Of a DNA stretch of 64,000 nucleotides, positions 46,417 through 57,773 are shown piece by piece. This DNA is from Anthoceros angustus (Eukaryota > Plantae > Anthocerotophyta): the NCBI GenBank assembly GCA_010909165.1, contig MU008163.1:2152409-2216408 (forward strand). The letters run 5' to 3'. Below the pieces are notes generated by a model. The model had not been told where the DNA came from. It saw only the letters and a list, made by a program, of their open reading frames with translations, and did not search any database. Position 1 is the stretch's first letter. Each line of letters opens with the position of its first letter. The translations under genes were made by a program, and so were the position numbers.

Positions 46417-48088
46417 TCACTGCATTTTCCTGGCAGCGGTGTGTGCCCTGCTACTTAGAACGGCTGTCCTATGAGTTGCATCGTCTCTGATAAAGCTCCA
46501 CCACATCAGCGTCAGGGGTATTGTTACTGCATGCCATACAGCATGTGCGTCCAGGATACCCTTCACTGGTGGGAAGTCATAGATTTCCAGCAACATTGCT
46601 AGGCCAGCACCAATACACGAGATCCACAATTTCAATCGTGCAGGATGCTTGGTAAATCCCGCCCAGAGGGTCCAAATAATCAGTTGGACAACCCCCAAAA
46701 CGACACACACCTTCATATTCCAACCTGCAAATATTTCCCGTGTCGTCAGTCCCACACACCACATTAGTGAAACCACATGCACCAGACCACTGAGGAGTGC
46801 AGTCACACTTGTGGACATAGGACTTGAGAGCAGCCTTACCATAGTCGAAGTCATAAAAGTTCAAGTAGAGAATGTGTGTTGCAATGAAAGCTATAAAAGG
46901 AGCAGAGACCATCACTCGTGCCGCTTCAATCCTCAGGTTAAAAGTGCGGATCAAGGCGACAATGAGAGAACAACCCAGCAAAGCGATAGCTGAGGAATAG
47001 TCTAGCCTCTCAGTCAAAAGCATATCCCTGAAAAAAACGCTCAAAGTATCAGAGTATTTTAATTAATTTGAAACATCAGGCAGTAAAGGAATGATAAAAA
47101 ATTCAGCCCCGACCTGGAATGAAAAATAGCACTCCAAAACCAGGAGTTTATTGACAACAACCCGTAGATTGTCCACAACCCAGCGAAATCATAATAAGGC
47201 CCCTTACTGCCACTTGGCCGCAACGGAAGCTTGTAATAAACCAGAACCAAAAAGGAGGAGAGACCCTGGAAATGAGCAAGTAAATTCAAGACCGAAAAGG
47301 CCACAGACGCAGGTTCCTGCACCAGCAAACAGTTAGCGACGACTACAAGCGTAGAAACCACATCCTAATTTGCACCTGAGACTAGAGCTATCACGGCAAC
47401 CAACCCTAGCCTCTAGCTCAGAGATCTCAGAGGCATCTGCAATCAGGAGGGAACCAGTGTGGAAGCACTGTCCAGCAACCGAACCTGCATGCCGAGAATG
47501 TTTTTGAAAGGCCACTTTCCATGGTACTTGACAGGTCGCTCTCCAAGCCCCATCCTCACTGTCTCCCTCTGCACCATGCATTGATAACGACACTTACTGG
47601 TGCAATCCCACTTCTTCCACCGAACGTAAAGTGGTTCTTCCAACAGCGGGTTCTCGTCCTTGCTGTTCAAGTTCACTCCATTCACTGGAAAGCTGCAGCT
47701 CGGGAAGCACACCCCGCCAATGCAACCCGTTTGCTCGCAGCTCTCTACACAAGACCTGAAAGCACACTCACAATCACCAGCTGGTACCAGCGACAGCGTA
47801 TCCGACAAGGATGCGGCCCGGAGCCAGCTCCAAACTCAAGCACAAAATTTCGTGGCGGAAAGCAAAGCTACTACAACATCTGGCAACACACAAAGCCTCT
47901 AACTCCAGCAGATTCCACACGGTCCCCGCTGGATTGTACAGATCTCACGCTACCAAAGCAAAATGAATGCAACGCAGCTGGGAGATCCACCTGTAGAGGG
48001 GATTTCTGTCCCCAGCGCTGGCCTCCACGGATGCCACCCGCACCAGCACTGCAAGCACAAGCAACACGCAGCTGGAAAATGCCGTCAT
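46417..48088 (-). CDS. PGAP3: Post-GPI attachment to proteins factor 3 (Per1-like), multi-exon
   Basis: Exon 1 (48088-47991) encodes signal peptide plus SAGDRNPLYR and splices to SCVESCEQTGC...WDCTSKCRYQCM...PVKYHGKWPF; later QEPASVAFSVLNL, INSWFWSAIFHSR, LDYSSAIALLG, LEIYDFPPVKGILDAHAVWHA. Confidence 0.93.
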
Positions 48089-48626
48089 CCTCGATGACAC
48101 AAGCAGCATCAAATCCACATCCGATGGAAACGCGAGCCCCCCTTGGCGACGGGGGGCGCTGTCGCCGGCTCCAGCACCGAATTAGGGCTGCTCCCCGGTC
48201 CCCATAGCGCGCTCCAGATCGGTCCAGCTCCCTCGCTGCCACACTCTCGAGCTGCCGCTGATGGTCGGATGGGGCAAGGGCAAAACAGCAGGTTTTCCCG
48301 GCCAAACCGCTGCTCAAGCGAAATACTTGCTTTACTTAGATGCCCGATCTGCAGCTTCAAGTCCTGGGAAATTCCCAAATCAAGCATCGCCGCATCCCGG
48401 TATGTCATCCATCAAACTCTGACCGCCATGTGCAATGCGAGCTTTACTTTCCTGCTGTCGTCCTCTGCGGGTCCGATCTTCTCTGCTGGACTGATTTCCT
48501 TTGCTGCATTGCTCTGATTTTTCTCGTGCGGATTCCTTGTATTCATCGCTTTCTTAATAACAGGAGTGGGTTGTGTGCTGTTTTGTCAGATTGTTTGGTT
48601 CAGGTCCGCAGGGAAAGTTGGCGGTG

Positions 48627-49874
48627 ATGCGGTTAGCGCAGCTGGTGCGGTCACGCGTGACCTCTTCTCGGGGGGGTGTGGCCGCATGGAGACAGGCCAG
48701 TGCAGGATTTTCGTCGGGCGTGCAAAATGATGCTTCAGGTGGCACGGACCCAGCAGAGTCTGGGACCTGGTTCCAGAAAATCAAGGGGATGTTCAAAGGA
48801 AAGCAGCAGCATCAGGTGCAGCGGCAAGAGGTGCACCAACAGCAGCACGCACCTTCACAGGAGCCCGAATCTGAGATCGTGGAGAACCTTTCGATGATAG
48901 GTATCGACGCAGTCACTGCCAAAATTAGGGTTCAGGGTTTGGGTTTTGCACAAGTTGGTGTTGTTGTGCCTGAGTGGAAGTCGTGTTTGTGCTGTGGACA
49001 CCAGAATTTGCAAATCAGATGAAGAAGGCTCGGCAGTTTGGAAGCTTGACTGCATTTGGACGTGGGCTTCCTCGAGGCGGGGAGAAACAGGTTGCAGCTT
49101 CGTTGGAACGACAGGAGCAGATACTCCGGGCTCTTGCTCGATATGACCCAGAGGTATTGATAACATCTGTGATTGAAAAGTTGAGCTTGTGCTGGTAAGT
49201 GTGGGCAAGGGGTAGGGTGGATGCTGTTGTTGAGTCTGTGCCTGAATGGACTGGTATGTATAGGTGCCTGGTTTTGGGGCTAGGAAAGGTCCGAGGGCAA
49301 GGTTTTGCAGACTGTGTTTCTCCCAGTGTACGGGAAGTAAGGGAAGGCTGGGCTGGGCTGGGCTGCGTAGCGCTTGGGAGCCCAGCAGAAAGCTGAAGTT
49401 GCAGCAGAATGCAGCTGTACGGCGAAGGATGTGGACGCGGTTCTTGGCAAGTATGAGTGGATGAAGGAAGTCCACAGGCGGTGTGCGAAACTGAAGGAGG
49501 AAGGAAAGCCCCTTCCAAAGTCCATGCAGGAGGTGATCATCCTTGGGGCATCGTCGTTCTTGTCTCTCTTCTTGACTAAAGCTTTTCTCCCTGCTACCTT
49601 CCAACACTTGCATTGCAACTGAAGGTGGAGGAGATGATGAAAGGGTGGTGGAGTCCGTCCGCTTCAGTCAACCTGGGAAAGAGTTCAGATCTCAGCCGAA
49701 ATGCGAAGTGCCCCTGTAATTCAGGAAAGAAGTATAAGCGGTAAGGAAGATTTTGTTACGGGCCCAAGCATTTTCGGCTCTACCTCCAGACGACTACCAA
49801 ACTTACAGAACAAGCGGGTTCCGTTTCGTTTCTGCTGCAGGTGTTGTGGGAGAGACTCGACGTCAAGTCTGTGA
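48627..49874 (+). CDS. SEC-C motif-containing protein, probably mitochondrial, multi-exon
   Basis: Transit-peptide-like MRLAQLVRSRVTSSR; MKKARQFGSL, QILRALARYDP, CTAKDVDAVLGKYEWMKEVHRR, and C-terminal SRNAKCPCNSGKKYKR|CCG. Confidence 0.85.
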
Positions 49875-51162
49875 GAGTTATAAATCGTCTTGGACCTGAG
49901 CTTTAAATCGTATGAACTAGAGTAAAACAGGCGATTCCGAACTCGATCTCTCATGGATCATTCTGATTGACTATGATTATTTCATGACATGTTCACACGC
50001 GTATCAAATGCTCAAACTGCAAAAAACCAGCAACAAATTCCAGGAAACAAGCACAACAAGTATGGGCAAAACGTTGGATGGAAGCAATTCATCGGACCGG
50101 ACGCGGGTGCCAGGAACTTTGAGCTGGCCGGCTGGACACGGAGAATGGCCGTCCGGACGTATTCTTGCAACAATGTGCATGACTTCAGCCTGATGCAATG
50201 AAAACATCGCTCTCCTTAGCAATTCATTCGACAGATCACGTTAGCAGATCCCGCTACAACAGCGGACAGCAGCTATGCTGCAAAGTTTCACCCTTGAAGC
50301 CGATCCCGAACAATGGCTTGTGCTAAAATTTGAGCAACGGGTCGGGGAATGGAGCACCTGTGCATGAGATAGGCAGATATTGAGATGCATGCCATGGCTC
50401 CCCTAGGGCCTACTATGGCATGTCGTTCGGGACATTCAGAAGTTTCACCCCTTTTTTTTGTAATGTCCTCCTTGACTGGGTAGTCCACCGACTTAAAACT
50501 CCAGCGTGGCGGACGCAGCCATCTGGCGTGCCAGCTCGGTCGGGTGACCGGGGTGGGCAACCGGGAGGAGGAGCTCGGGAGCAGGGGCTGGTTGTGACGC
50601 TGCTCATCTCCAGGCGTGACGACCTAGGATCATGATGTCAGCTCGGGCTTGCACCCCTTGGAGTTCTGGAGCCCGATGGCACGGACTTGCCCTTCACAGC
50701 CACCAACGGGTAATTCGGCCATCACCGCTTTGAGCACTCTTCGACGACGAGGCTGCTCCTCAGCAGCCTTCCTACACTGATTCCTTCCGGGCGGAGTGTC
50801 TTACCGGATTCAACAAAGGGCTTGACTTCTCCACCGACGAGCATCTAGTAGCAAGATCTTCCAAGCATACGAATATACGTATGTAACATAGCAATCTTGG
50901 ATAAAGATATTATAAGAGGTAAGATGCAATCTGAATTTGAATGGGATATTTCTAATGAGTTGTGCGTTGAAGACAAGGATGATATTCGAAAAATGATAAA
51001 TGAAAACAAAATTGGGCAGACATAAAACATTTAAGTTCAATTCAAATTATGATTCAAGACAATAGACCCAATGTTGAAAAGACCATTCAAATTAAATAAA
51101 TTAGAGAAGGAAATTGTTGACAGCAAATGTCAAAAATTATTCGATTCTGGTTTAGAAACAGA

Positions 51163-51515
51163 GAGAATCGGCACATTCTTGTTGATATTGTATTATTAAG
51201 AATATGACAGGTCTAATAATAAGAATACAAAGGAGAGAATCAAAGCATTCTGGTTGATATTGTATTACTAGGAAAATGACAAGTCTAATGATAAGAATAC
51301 AAAGGAGAGAATCAGAGCATTCTTGTTGATATTGTGTTACTAGGAATATGATAGGTCTAATGATACGAATACGAAGGAGAGAATCAGAGCATTCTTGTTG
51401 ATACTGTATTACTAAGAACATGATAGGTCTAAAGACCACAATGAGAAAAGACCACTAAGATGGCAAATAAGAATATCATAGGTCTAAAGACCACAATAAG
51501 AAAAGACCACTAAGA
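51163..51515. repeat. ~66-bp minisatellite (4-5 copies) followed by a ~55-bp duplication
   Basis: gagagaatcagagcattcttgttgatattgtattactaggaatatgataggtctaatgat repeats; ggtctaaagaccacaat.agaaaagaccactaagatg occurs twice. Confidence 0.9.
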
Positions 51516-51770
51516 TGACAAAGCAAAAGACCACAGAGGTGGCAAACCAAAAGTCCACGAAAGGTGACAATAGTCCACACAGGAGACATGATGAAGGCAT
51601 GAGAAAACCTTCAAAGCTGAACAACATTTTGGATGCGATATCCTGGTCATGGCTTGGCCTTGATGATGTTCTTCTTCCACTTCTACCGGCCCAGCACTCT
51701 ACCTAAACACATGACGGTTTTGCATCATAGTGTACATATGTAGACAGTGTAGACTGCCTACATCATTCTT

Positions 51771-51860
51771 TGCCTAGGTTACTTGCACGAGACGAATCAT
51801 TGTAGGCACCTCATCTCAGTATTGACTTAGGAGTACAAGAAGAAGAAGAATATTTATCCA
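51771..51860 (-). mobile_element. Old diverged partial copy of the (TTC)n element (middle followed by a new tail)
   Basis: tgcctaggttacttgcacgag...taggcacctcatctcagta...aagaagaagaagaatattt. Confidence 0.5.
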
Positions 51861-52637
51861 TTTTTTTCCACCAACGATGGATCTCGAACACCATGTCACA
51901 GCCAGATGCATGCAGACTGTGAGCGGACAAGCTGGACAAGCCAGATGCTAGCTATGTGATCAGTAGCTAAAAGGACTGCAGGCTAGCGTAGGAAGACGCA
52001 GCAACGAGAAGGCTAGAGCAGGCATTAGGAAGTTGGATGAGGCAGATAAGCCAACCAGGGTTAGAGAAACAGCAGATTAGGCTAATCTAGATAACACTAA
52101 CGTAGCTAGCTAGTAACCAGACTCAGACACTCTAGAATTCCAGCTTGCCGCGCCCTTTGTGTCTTGGTCTCCCGTCTCTGAGAAATGTTGATTACACACC
52201 AGAACTTGACTAAAGAGCATGCGGCCATTCTGAGTTTGATCTTCTTTATTGTAAGTGTATAAAAGTATGAAAAAATAAAAAGGTTTTTGTAGTGTTATAG
52301 CAAGAAAAATATTCTCGATTGATAAAATTTAAGATTAAATAAGTTATCTACTAGAGGAAAACCAAAGATCGAGAGATCCTCATACGTGAGAAGTCTATAT
52401 ATGTGGATCTAGTGGCAACAAGTAATCATATCCATAAATTGTTTTCACAATTTTTCTTTTCTATCTGTATTTCATGTTTTGTCTTTGTCGGAACAATTTC
52501 AAAGTTGAATTTATTTCCAACGTGCAAGCGGTATCTCCTCTTTTCTCTCCTCCACAATGAAACTCTCTAATATTATCTTCCTTATCTTCCCTTCTTCACC
52601 TTAATTTCTTCCATGACACTCCTTCTTCTACCCTCCA

Positions 52638-54649
52638 ATGGGCTTGCTGATCGTAAAGTATTGTTTAACTAGTTAGGATACGTTTGCAGAAAACATATAA
52701 AATATGTGGAAAAGCACACACATATATTCTTGCATCGCTATTATAACATAATCTATTTCATGTGCAGAAACATCATCCTTTGGTCCATTATAATATCGTA
52801 TTGCCAACTAGTGTCATCTCTTGCGGCATCGTAGGTATTAGCAATATATATATCTCATTGTGCTAGTTTAGTAATGACAACTTCTTTACTTATGAGCTGA
52901 GGTGAAGTAGAGATCCCTGATGCATTTCTTTCATGTATGAAAATAACAGCTCTTATTCCAGATGGCATCCATGTATACAGTCGCGATGTTAGTGCGCGTT
53001 CCTCTAACTCAGGTGCACCACAAGGTAGAGAATCCCAAGCCCATGATTAGGACATCGGCATCCCTGAAGAGCAGGGTCCAGAGCTTGAGTCTTTCATGGT
53101 TGGGAGTAAACCAACAGCTTCCAATTGCTCCAAGGGTTACACTATCGTCCCATTGTAAGAGCGCCCGCGGCACCAGGATGTGTATGAAAAACATTGATGT
53201 TCCTCATGTACATAATGAAGGCTACGTCTATGGACTTAGTTCTCTAGTGAGACTTGGAGGGATGGGCTTCCGGGTAAAGAATCAACCAGTGCTCTGAGTG
53301 AACAAAATCTTGTACCTTATGTAAGTGAATGTCTAAGGTTCATGCTCCAATTTTCTGACACCACATTGTGCTTTGTTTAGGCTGACATCATTCGCATGTT
53401 TAATAAAAGCAAGGGTGGTTACATTGTTCGAATCAGCATGTACAAAGTAGTTTTTTCATTCTTAAGCCCATATTATTGATTTAAAGACAAGTTGTGAGGA
53501 AATCTAGATTGAATCTAGAAATATTATGAATAGCTCATATATGGAGTAATTTATTTTTTATTTGCCAGAGGCACGCGCGTAAGATTGTCATTTTAGAAGT
53601 TGAGGAATCAGAGGCCTTGAGAATTGCTGCTCAATTTGAGGTAGGCAAGTTTTTTACAATATGCTTGGTCTTGATTATATTATGTGTTCCTAAGTTGGCC
53701 TTTTCTAGGGAGTGAGGGAAAGTGGACTTTTCATAAGCACCGACAATAAGTTTGCTTGGAGCAATTTGCTCTCGTGCAATAACTAGATGAAAGCATGAAA
53801 GGCCTTAATACTAGCGCTAATATATGTTTAATTTTTTTTCGATACTTGGCTGCAGATTCTAATTGAGAATGAGAAGGAGTTCTTCAAACCTGGATCAAAC
53901 TTTCGTAAATCTCAGTAATGTCATATGCAGCTCATCTTTTTCTACTAGATGAAGCTTGTGATATTCTTTAACACTTTAAATATGTCACTCACACTTTTGT
54001 TTTTCTTAAACCCAGGTCCGAAGCATTCAACTGTCCAATATATAAGGACTTTATTTGGAATCGGCACTTGATGCTCATGGATCGTGAAGAGCTTCGCGAT
54101 CATGAAGATCGGTCAGAGGTATGGTTTGAGCACCAATTGCCCTCGAGTAAGAGGCCTTGCAACACTACCGAAAACACAACTAAATCTAACATGCTTGATG
54201 AGGAATACGCTGTATCCAGTGGTGGGACTTGTGAGCTTTTGTGCTATCTGATGCTAAGTTACCGGGTAAGAAATCATACTCATGAAACAAATTATCGTCC
54301 AAGGTTACTATGAGTGAAGTTATTGTGATCTAGATATAAGAATGTCTTTCGAGGTATTAACCATGCATCGTGTTTCTTTCAGCTCCTTGTAGTTCGTTTG
54401 CTTAAAGTGGAAAGCAAGGATAGTAAGGATGCCTATCATGCTAGACTCTATATGTCAAATGTAAGTATCTCAATTTGTCATTGCAACATTTGTGCTAAGA
54501 AAAATTATGATATGTGTATCCAGCTTGGAGGTAAACGTGGAGTATTATCTAAACTATGTTTTATTTCCCAGGATCTTAGTGGTGCACGCACAATAATGAA
54601 CTTGGAACTAGAGCAGTCAGAGGCCATGAAATTTAATGATGAGTTAAAG
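52638..54649 (+). CDS. Unrecognised multi-exon protein with an internal domain duplication; first exon tentative, 3' end not found
   Basis: Six phase-compatible GT-AG exons (53381-53446, 53569-53640, 53856-53914, 54016-54118, 54383-54460, 54572-54649) join without stops. A possible MGLLI first exon lies at 52638-52652. Confidence 0.65.
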
Positions 54650-55537
54650 GTAAGGCAAAAGCCTTGTGTCACATCCGCTTAATAATGATTGGGTTCCAGT
54701 CTTCCGCTAGTTTTTGTTTTTTCCTTTCTTTATGTTCAGCAGGAGAAGTAGATAAAAAATCTTTGGAGGATGTGATTGGCTGCACACATACAAGAAGTGG
54801 AAAGGCATGAAAGAACAATCAAGCTTGTATATATGATTTCCTTTTTTATCCTTGTCCCCAGGTTCACATTGAGAGGTAGTCCTCCCTTCACGAGCTGTGA
54901 CCTCTACACGTGGGTCCACTAGAACTCCACAGTCAAACACCCTTGAGTTAGATCATTGCTAAGGTGGGTGCTACTTATCCCTTGTTGTGAAAAAGCTTTA
55001 CGGGGCCGCCTTTTGTAAAAGCCCTACGAGGCTACTCTAAATTAAATCCACAATCAAGTTCACTTTTAAAAAAAACATGGAGAGGTGTACGGCGGAAGAC
55101 TTAGTTCACTAATTAAAAACCATTGAGACGTGTACGGCGAACGACCTAGTTCACAAGTCATTCACAACTTATACCTTTCCTTGAAAATAAACTCATAATG
55201 TCCTTTATTCTTTATAACTAGCTCATATTCATTGTTGACAGAAAACATGTGACAATTGAGTTTTTTATAGTTATAATTAACCCCACAATGGCCAAAATGT
55301 TTTGGGCTTTGCAAAAAAACCTATGTGTTCTTGATGGCTTTATCGTTATTTATGTGATTATTATGAAAAAAAATGATGTGATTCAGCCACAAAACCTTGT
55401 GTTAAAGCCATTGATCATTCTGCTCTCTTCGACTAGTGATATCGATCCAGCCAGCTTGGCTGCGTGAGTTCCAGGGACTTCTCCCCGATGTCCTCATCAT
55501 CTTGAACCCCTTTGCGACAAAGTGCTTCTTGCTAGTG

Positions 55538-56012
55538 AAGCTTTGCGGTTGGGCTGGTGGTCGAAGGTGCATGCTAAAGACTCCGTTAATTTTGTGGCTT
55601 CCTTAGTGATAAGGCTCAGGTTTGTCTTGGATGATCGATTGTTTGCTGCCGTTGGTAGAGATCGCTCGCTGTGAGCTCCTTATTCTGCAGCACTGGGCTG
55701 GTTGAGCTGCAAGCTCCTTACACTACTACTGCACAAGGCGGAGGCTTGGGAGGATGGCGGCGATGAGGACGGCGGGGACGCCAGTGTGGATGGTACCGAT
55801 GAGCACGGTAGGGAGGATGGCGGAGGCACTTGGAAGTCCTGAGCTCCTTTGCTGCACCTACAAGTGCAGTAACATAAGGAGCCTAGCATGTGCTCCTCAT
55901 GAATGAAGCTTTGCGGCTGGGGTTGTGGTCGAAGGTGCCTAGTGTAGACTTCGTTAATTTTGTGGCTTCCGTAATGATTAGGATCAGCTCTATCTTGGAT
56001 GATCATTTGGTG
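55538..56012 (+). repeat. Two diverged ~108-bp coding-like repeats in a degenerate ORF remnant
   Basis: EALRLGWWSKVHAKDSVNFVASLVIRLRFVLDD (55538) versus EALRLGLWSKVPSVDFVNFVASVMIRISSILDD (55904). Confidence 0.7.
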
Positions 56013-56925
56013 CCATTGATTAAGGACCCCCTAGAACTATCCAAGGTCCTCAACCGCAACCTTCCTTCTCGGTGCTAGGTCTATTGCTGTGCTATCCTTC
56101 GGGTCTCCGGGGTTTTTTGTTCTTCTCCTAGCATCTCGTTCTCAATTTTGTTGCTACTTTGCAGTTTAGTCGTTTACCTATACTTTGCATAGTAGCTACT
56201 CCTCTTGCTGGCTTTTGCTAGCGATTGTACCTAGATTTTCTGGTTATCCTATTTAACATGATCACTATTCACCAAAAAAGCTATTGATCATGGAACATCC
56301 ATGCTTGGATGGGAAGAATCTTACTAATTTATTTCATATTTTTTTCATTGGCTCGTTTCATTCAACATAAAATATAAGTCGTATTCATATTTCAAACAAA
56401 CTTTGCATTGGTATAGATAAGTAATTTGTATAGTATAGTCACTCCATCTATCACTGATGTTAGCTGTGTTAAAAGCATTGCTATCAAAAGTATGTAAAAT
56501 CCTCACTGAACCTTAGAAGTCTTGAAGAGGGTTCATAGCCAGAAGAGGTTTTTATCTAGGGCTATTTGATTTTTGTAAAACAACATAAGTATGTCGAGGA
56601 TGTTGGAAGATATCTTCGAGGCGCATTCCTCACGCATCTCAATTTTCTGCCTGAAGTAGGTTGTGCGCCCTGGCAAGCTTAACCCCTAAAGGAAGAACTT
56701 ACTCAAATTGAGTGGTTGTCTGTGCGTTTTGGGCTCTGTGATGTTTTCCACATCAATTTTTGACTTCGGACCTTTGAGCATATGTGAGAGCCGGCTTAGA
56801 GCCCCCGCTAGCCCATGGTCGGTGAGGCCTCGACAACAGCAAGTGACGCACGGGCAACATCCGGTCGTAGGGGCGCCTATTGCCGATTACCTGGGTGTCA
56901 AGGGCCGGTGGAATCCAGATCTCAG

Positions 56926-57150
56926 ATGTGTGTCCAAATGGCTTAGGCCAAATGGACACACATTTATAAGAACGCCGTGATTAAGCATCCTGAGCCTAGA
57001 TCGGTACTTAGATGGGGTGCCTAAAGGGAGTGGATGCCCTTGGTGCAAGTAGCTTAGGCACACCATGGTACAAGTTGTCAAGTACCAAGTCCCATGACGG
57101 AAATCCGTCCTTAGTGGACTCAAATAAAATTCTTCTTCTTCTTCTTCTTT
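56926..57150 (+). mobile_element. Structured (TTC)n-tailed element, best-preserved copy
   Basis: Runs from the hairpin atgtgtgtccaaatggcttaggccaaatggacacacat to caaataaaattcttcttcttcttcttctt. Confidence 0.8.
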
Positions 57151-57773
57151 GTGTTCTTGGAAATGGAGGTCACCGTACTTCAAAGGGCTAAGCATAGTGG
57201 GAATGGCCCAATTTTGTCTTCGTAAAATGTGATGGCCATGCTCCTCACGTCCAATTGTGCTCATTTTTTGTGAGGATGTCCATGGCCTTGCCAAGAATTT
57301 GTGATAAGTTTGCTCTACCCAACTCCTTTGTCATTCTCCGCCCATGAGTGAAGACGCTCGCCCATCGCCATGTGATCATGAAGGGTCAAAGGGCTTTGGA
57401 AATTGTGATTTTTTCATAAGTAATAGAGAGTGAGACTATGGTCAACTGATTTTTTTGTAATTAAATATACATAAATACGTGACATTCATCCTAAATGCAA
57501 GAAAACGGGCTTCGTCCTTTAGGGGTTAACATGCATGTCATAAGTAAGAGAGCCTCTTATTCGACTTGTGATGTGAGCTTTGTGTCTGGACGTACAGCAG
57601 GTCAGGCGAAGAGGATTTTCACTGTTGACGGCGAACAGATATTGAATGTAGTAGAAGTATCTGCTGAGTTCTTACCGCTGCAAATATAAACGGCGATAAA
57701 GACACTCACCTACCTGGTTCTGTGTTGTCGAAATATTGGCTTCTCTACATTGATAATCCTGCAGTCTAATCTC

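Noticed and set aside
48926-48946. Telomere-like ttagggttcagggtttgggttt
   Set aside because: Only a degenerate telo-box-like motif in an intron, not an interstitial telomeric array.
50288-50560. Dual-specificity-phosphatase-like ..SAYLMHR motif
   Set aside because: No HCxxGxxR catalytic loop; the resemblance is too short.
56600-56695. NRPS carrier-domain-like GMRLEDIFQHP on the minus strand
   Set aside because: It is flanked by stops, lacks the GGxS motif and is compatible with chance.
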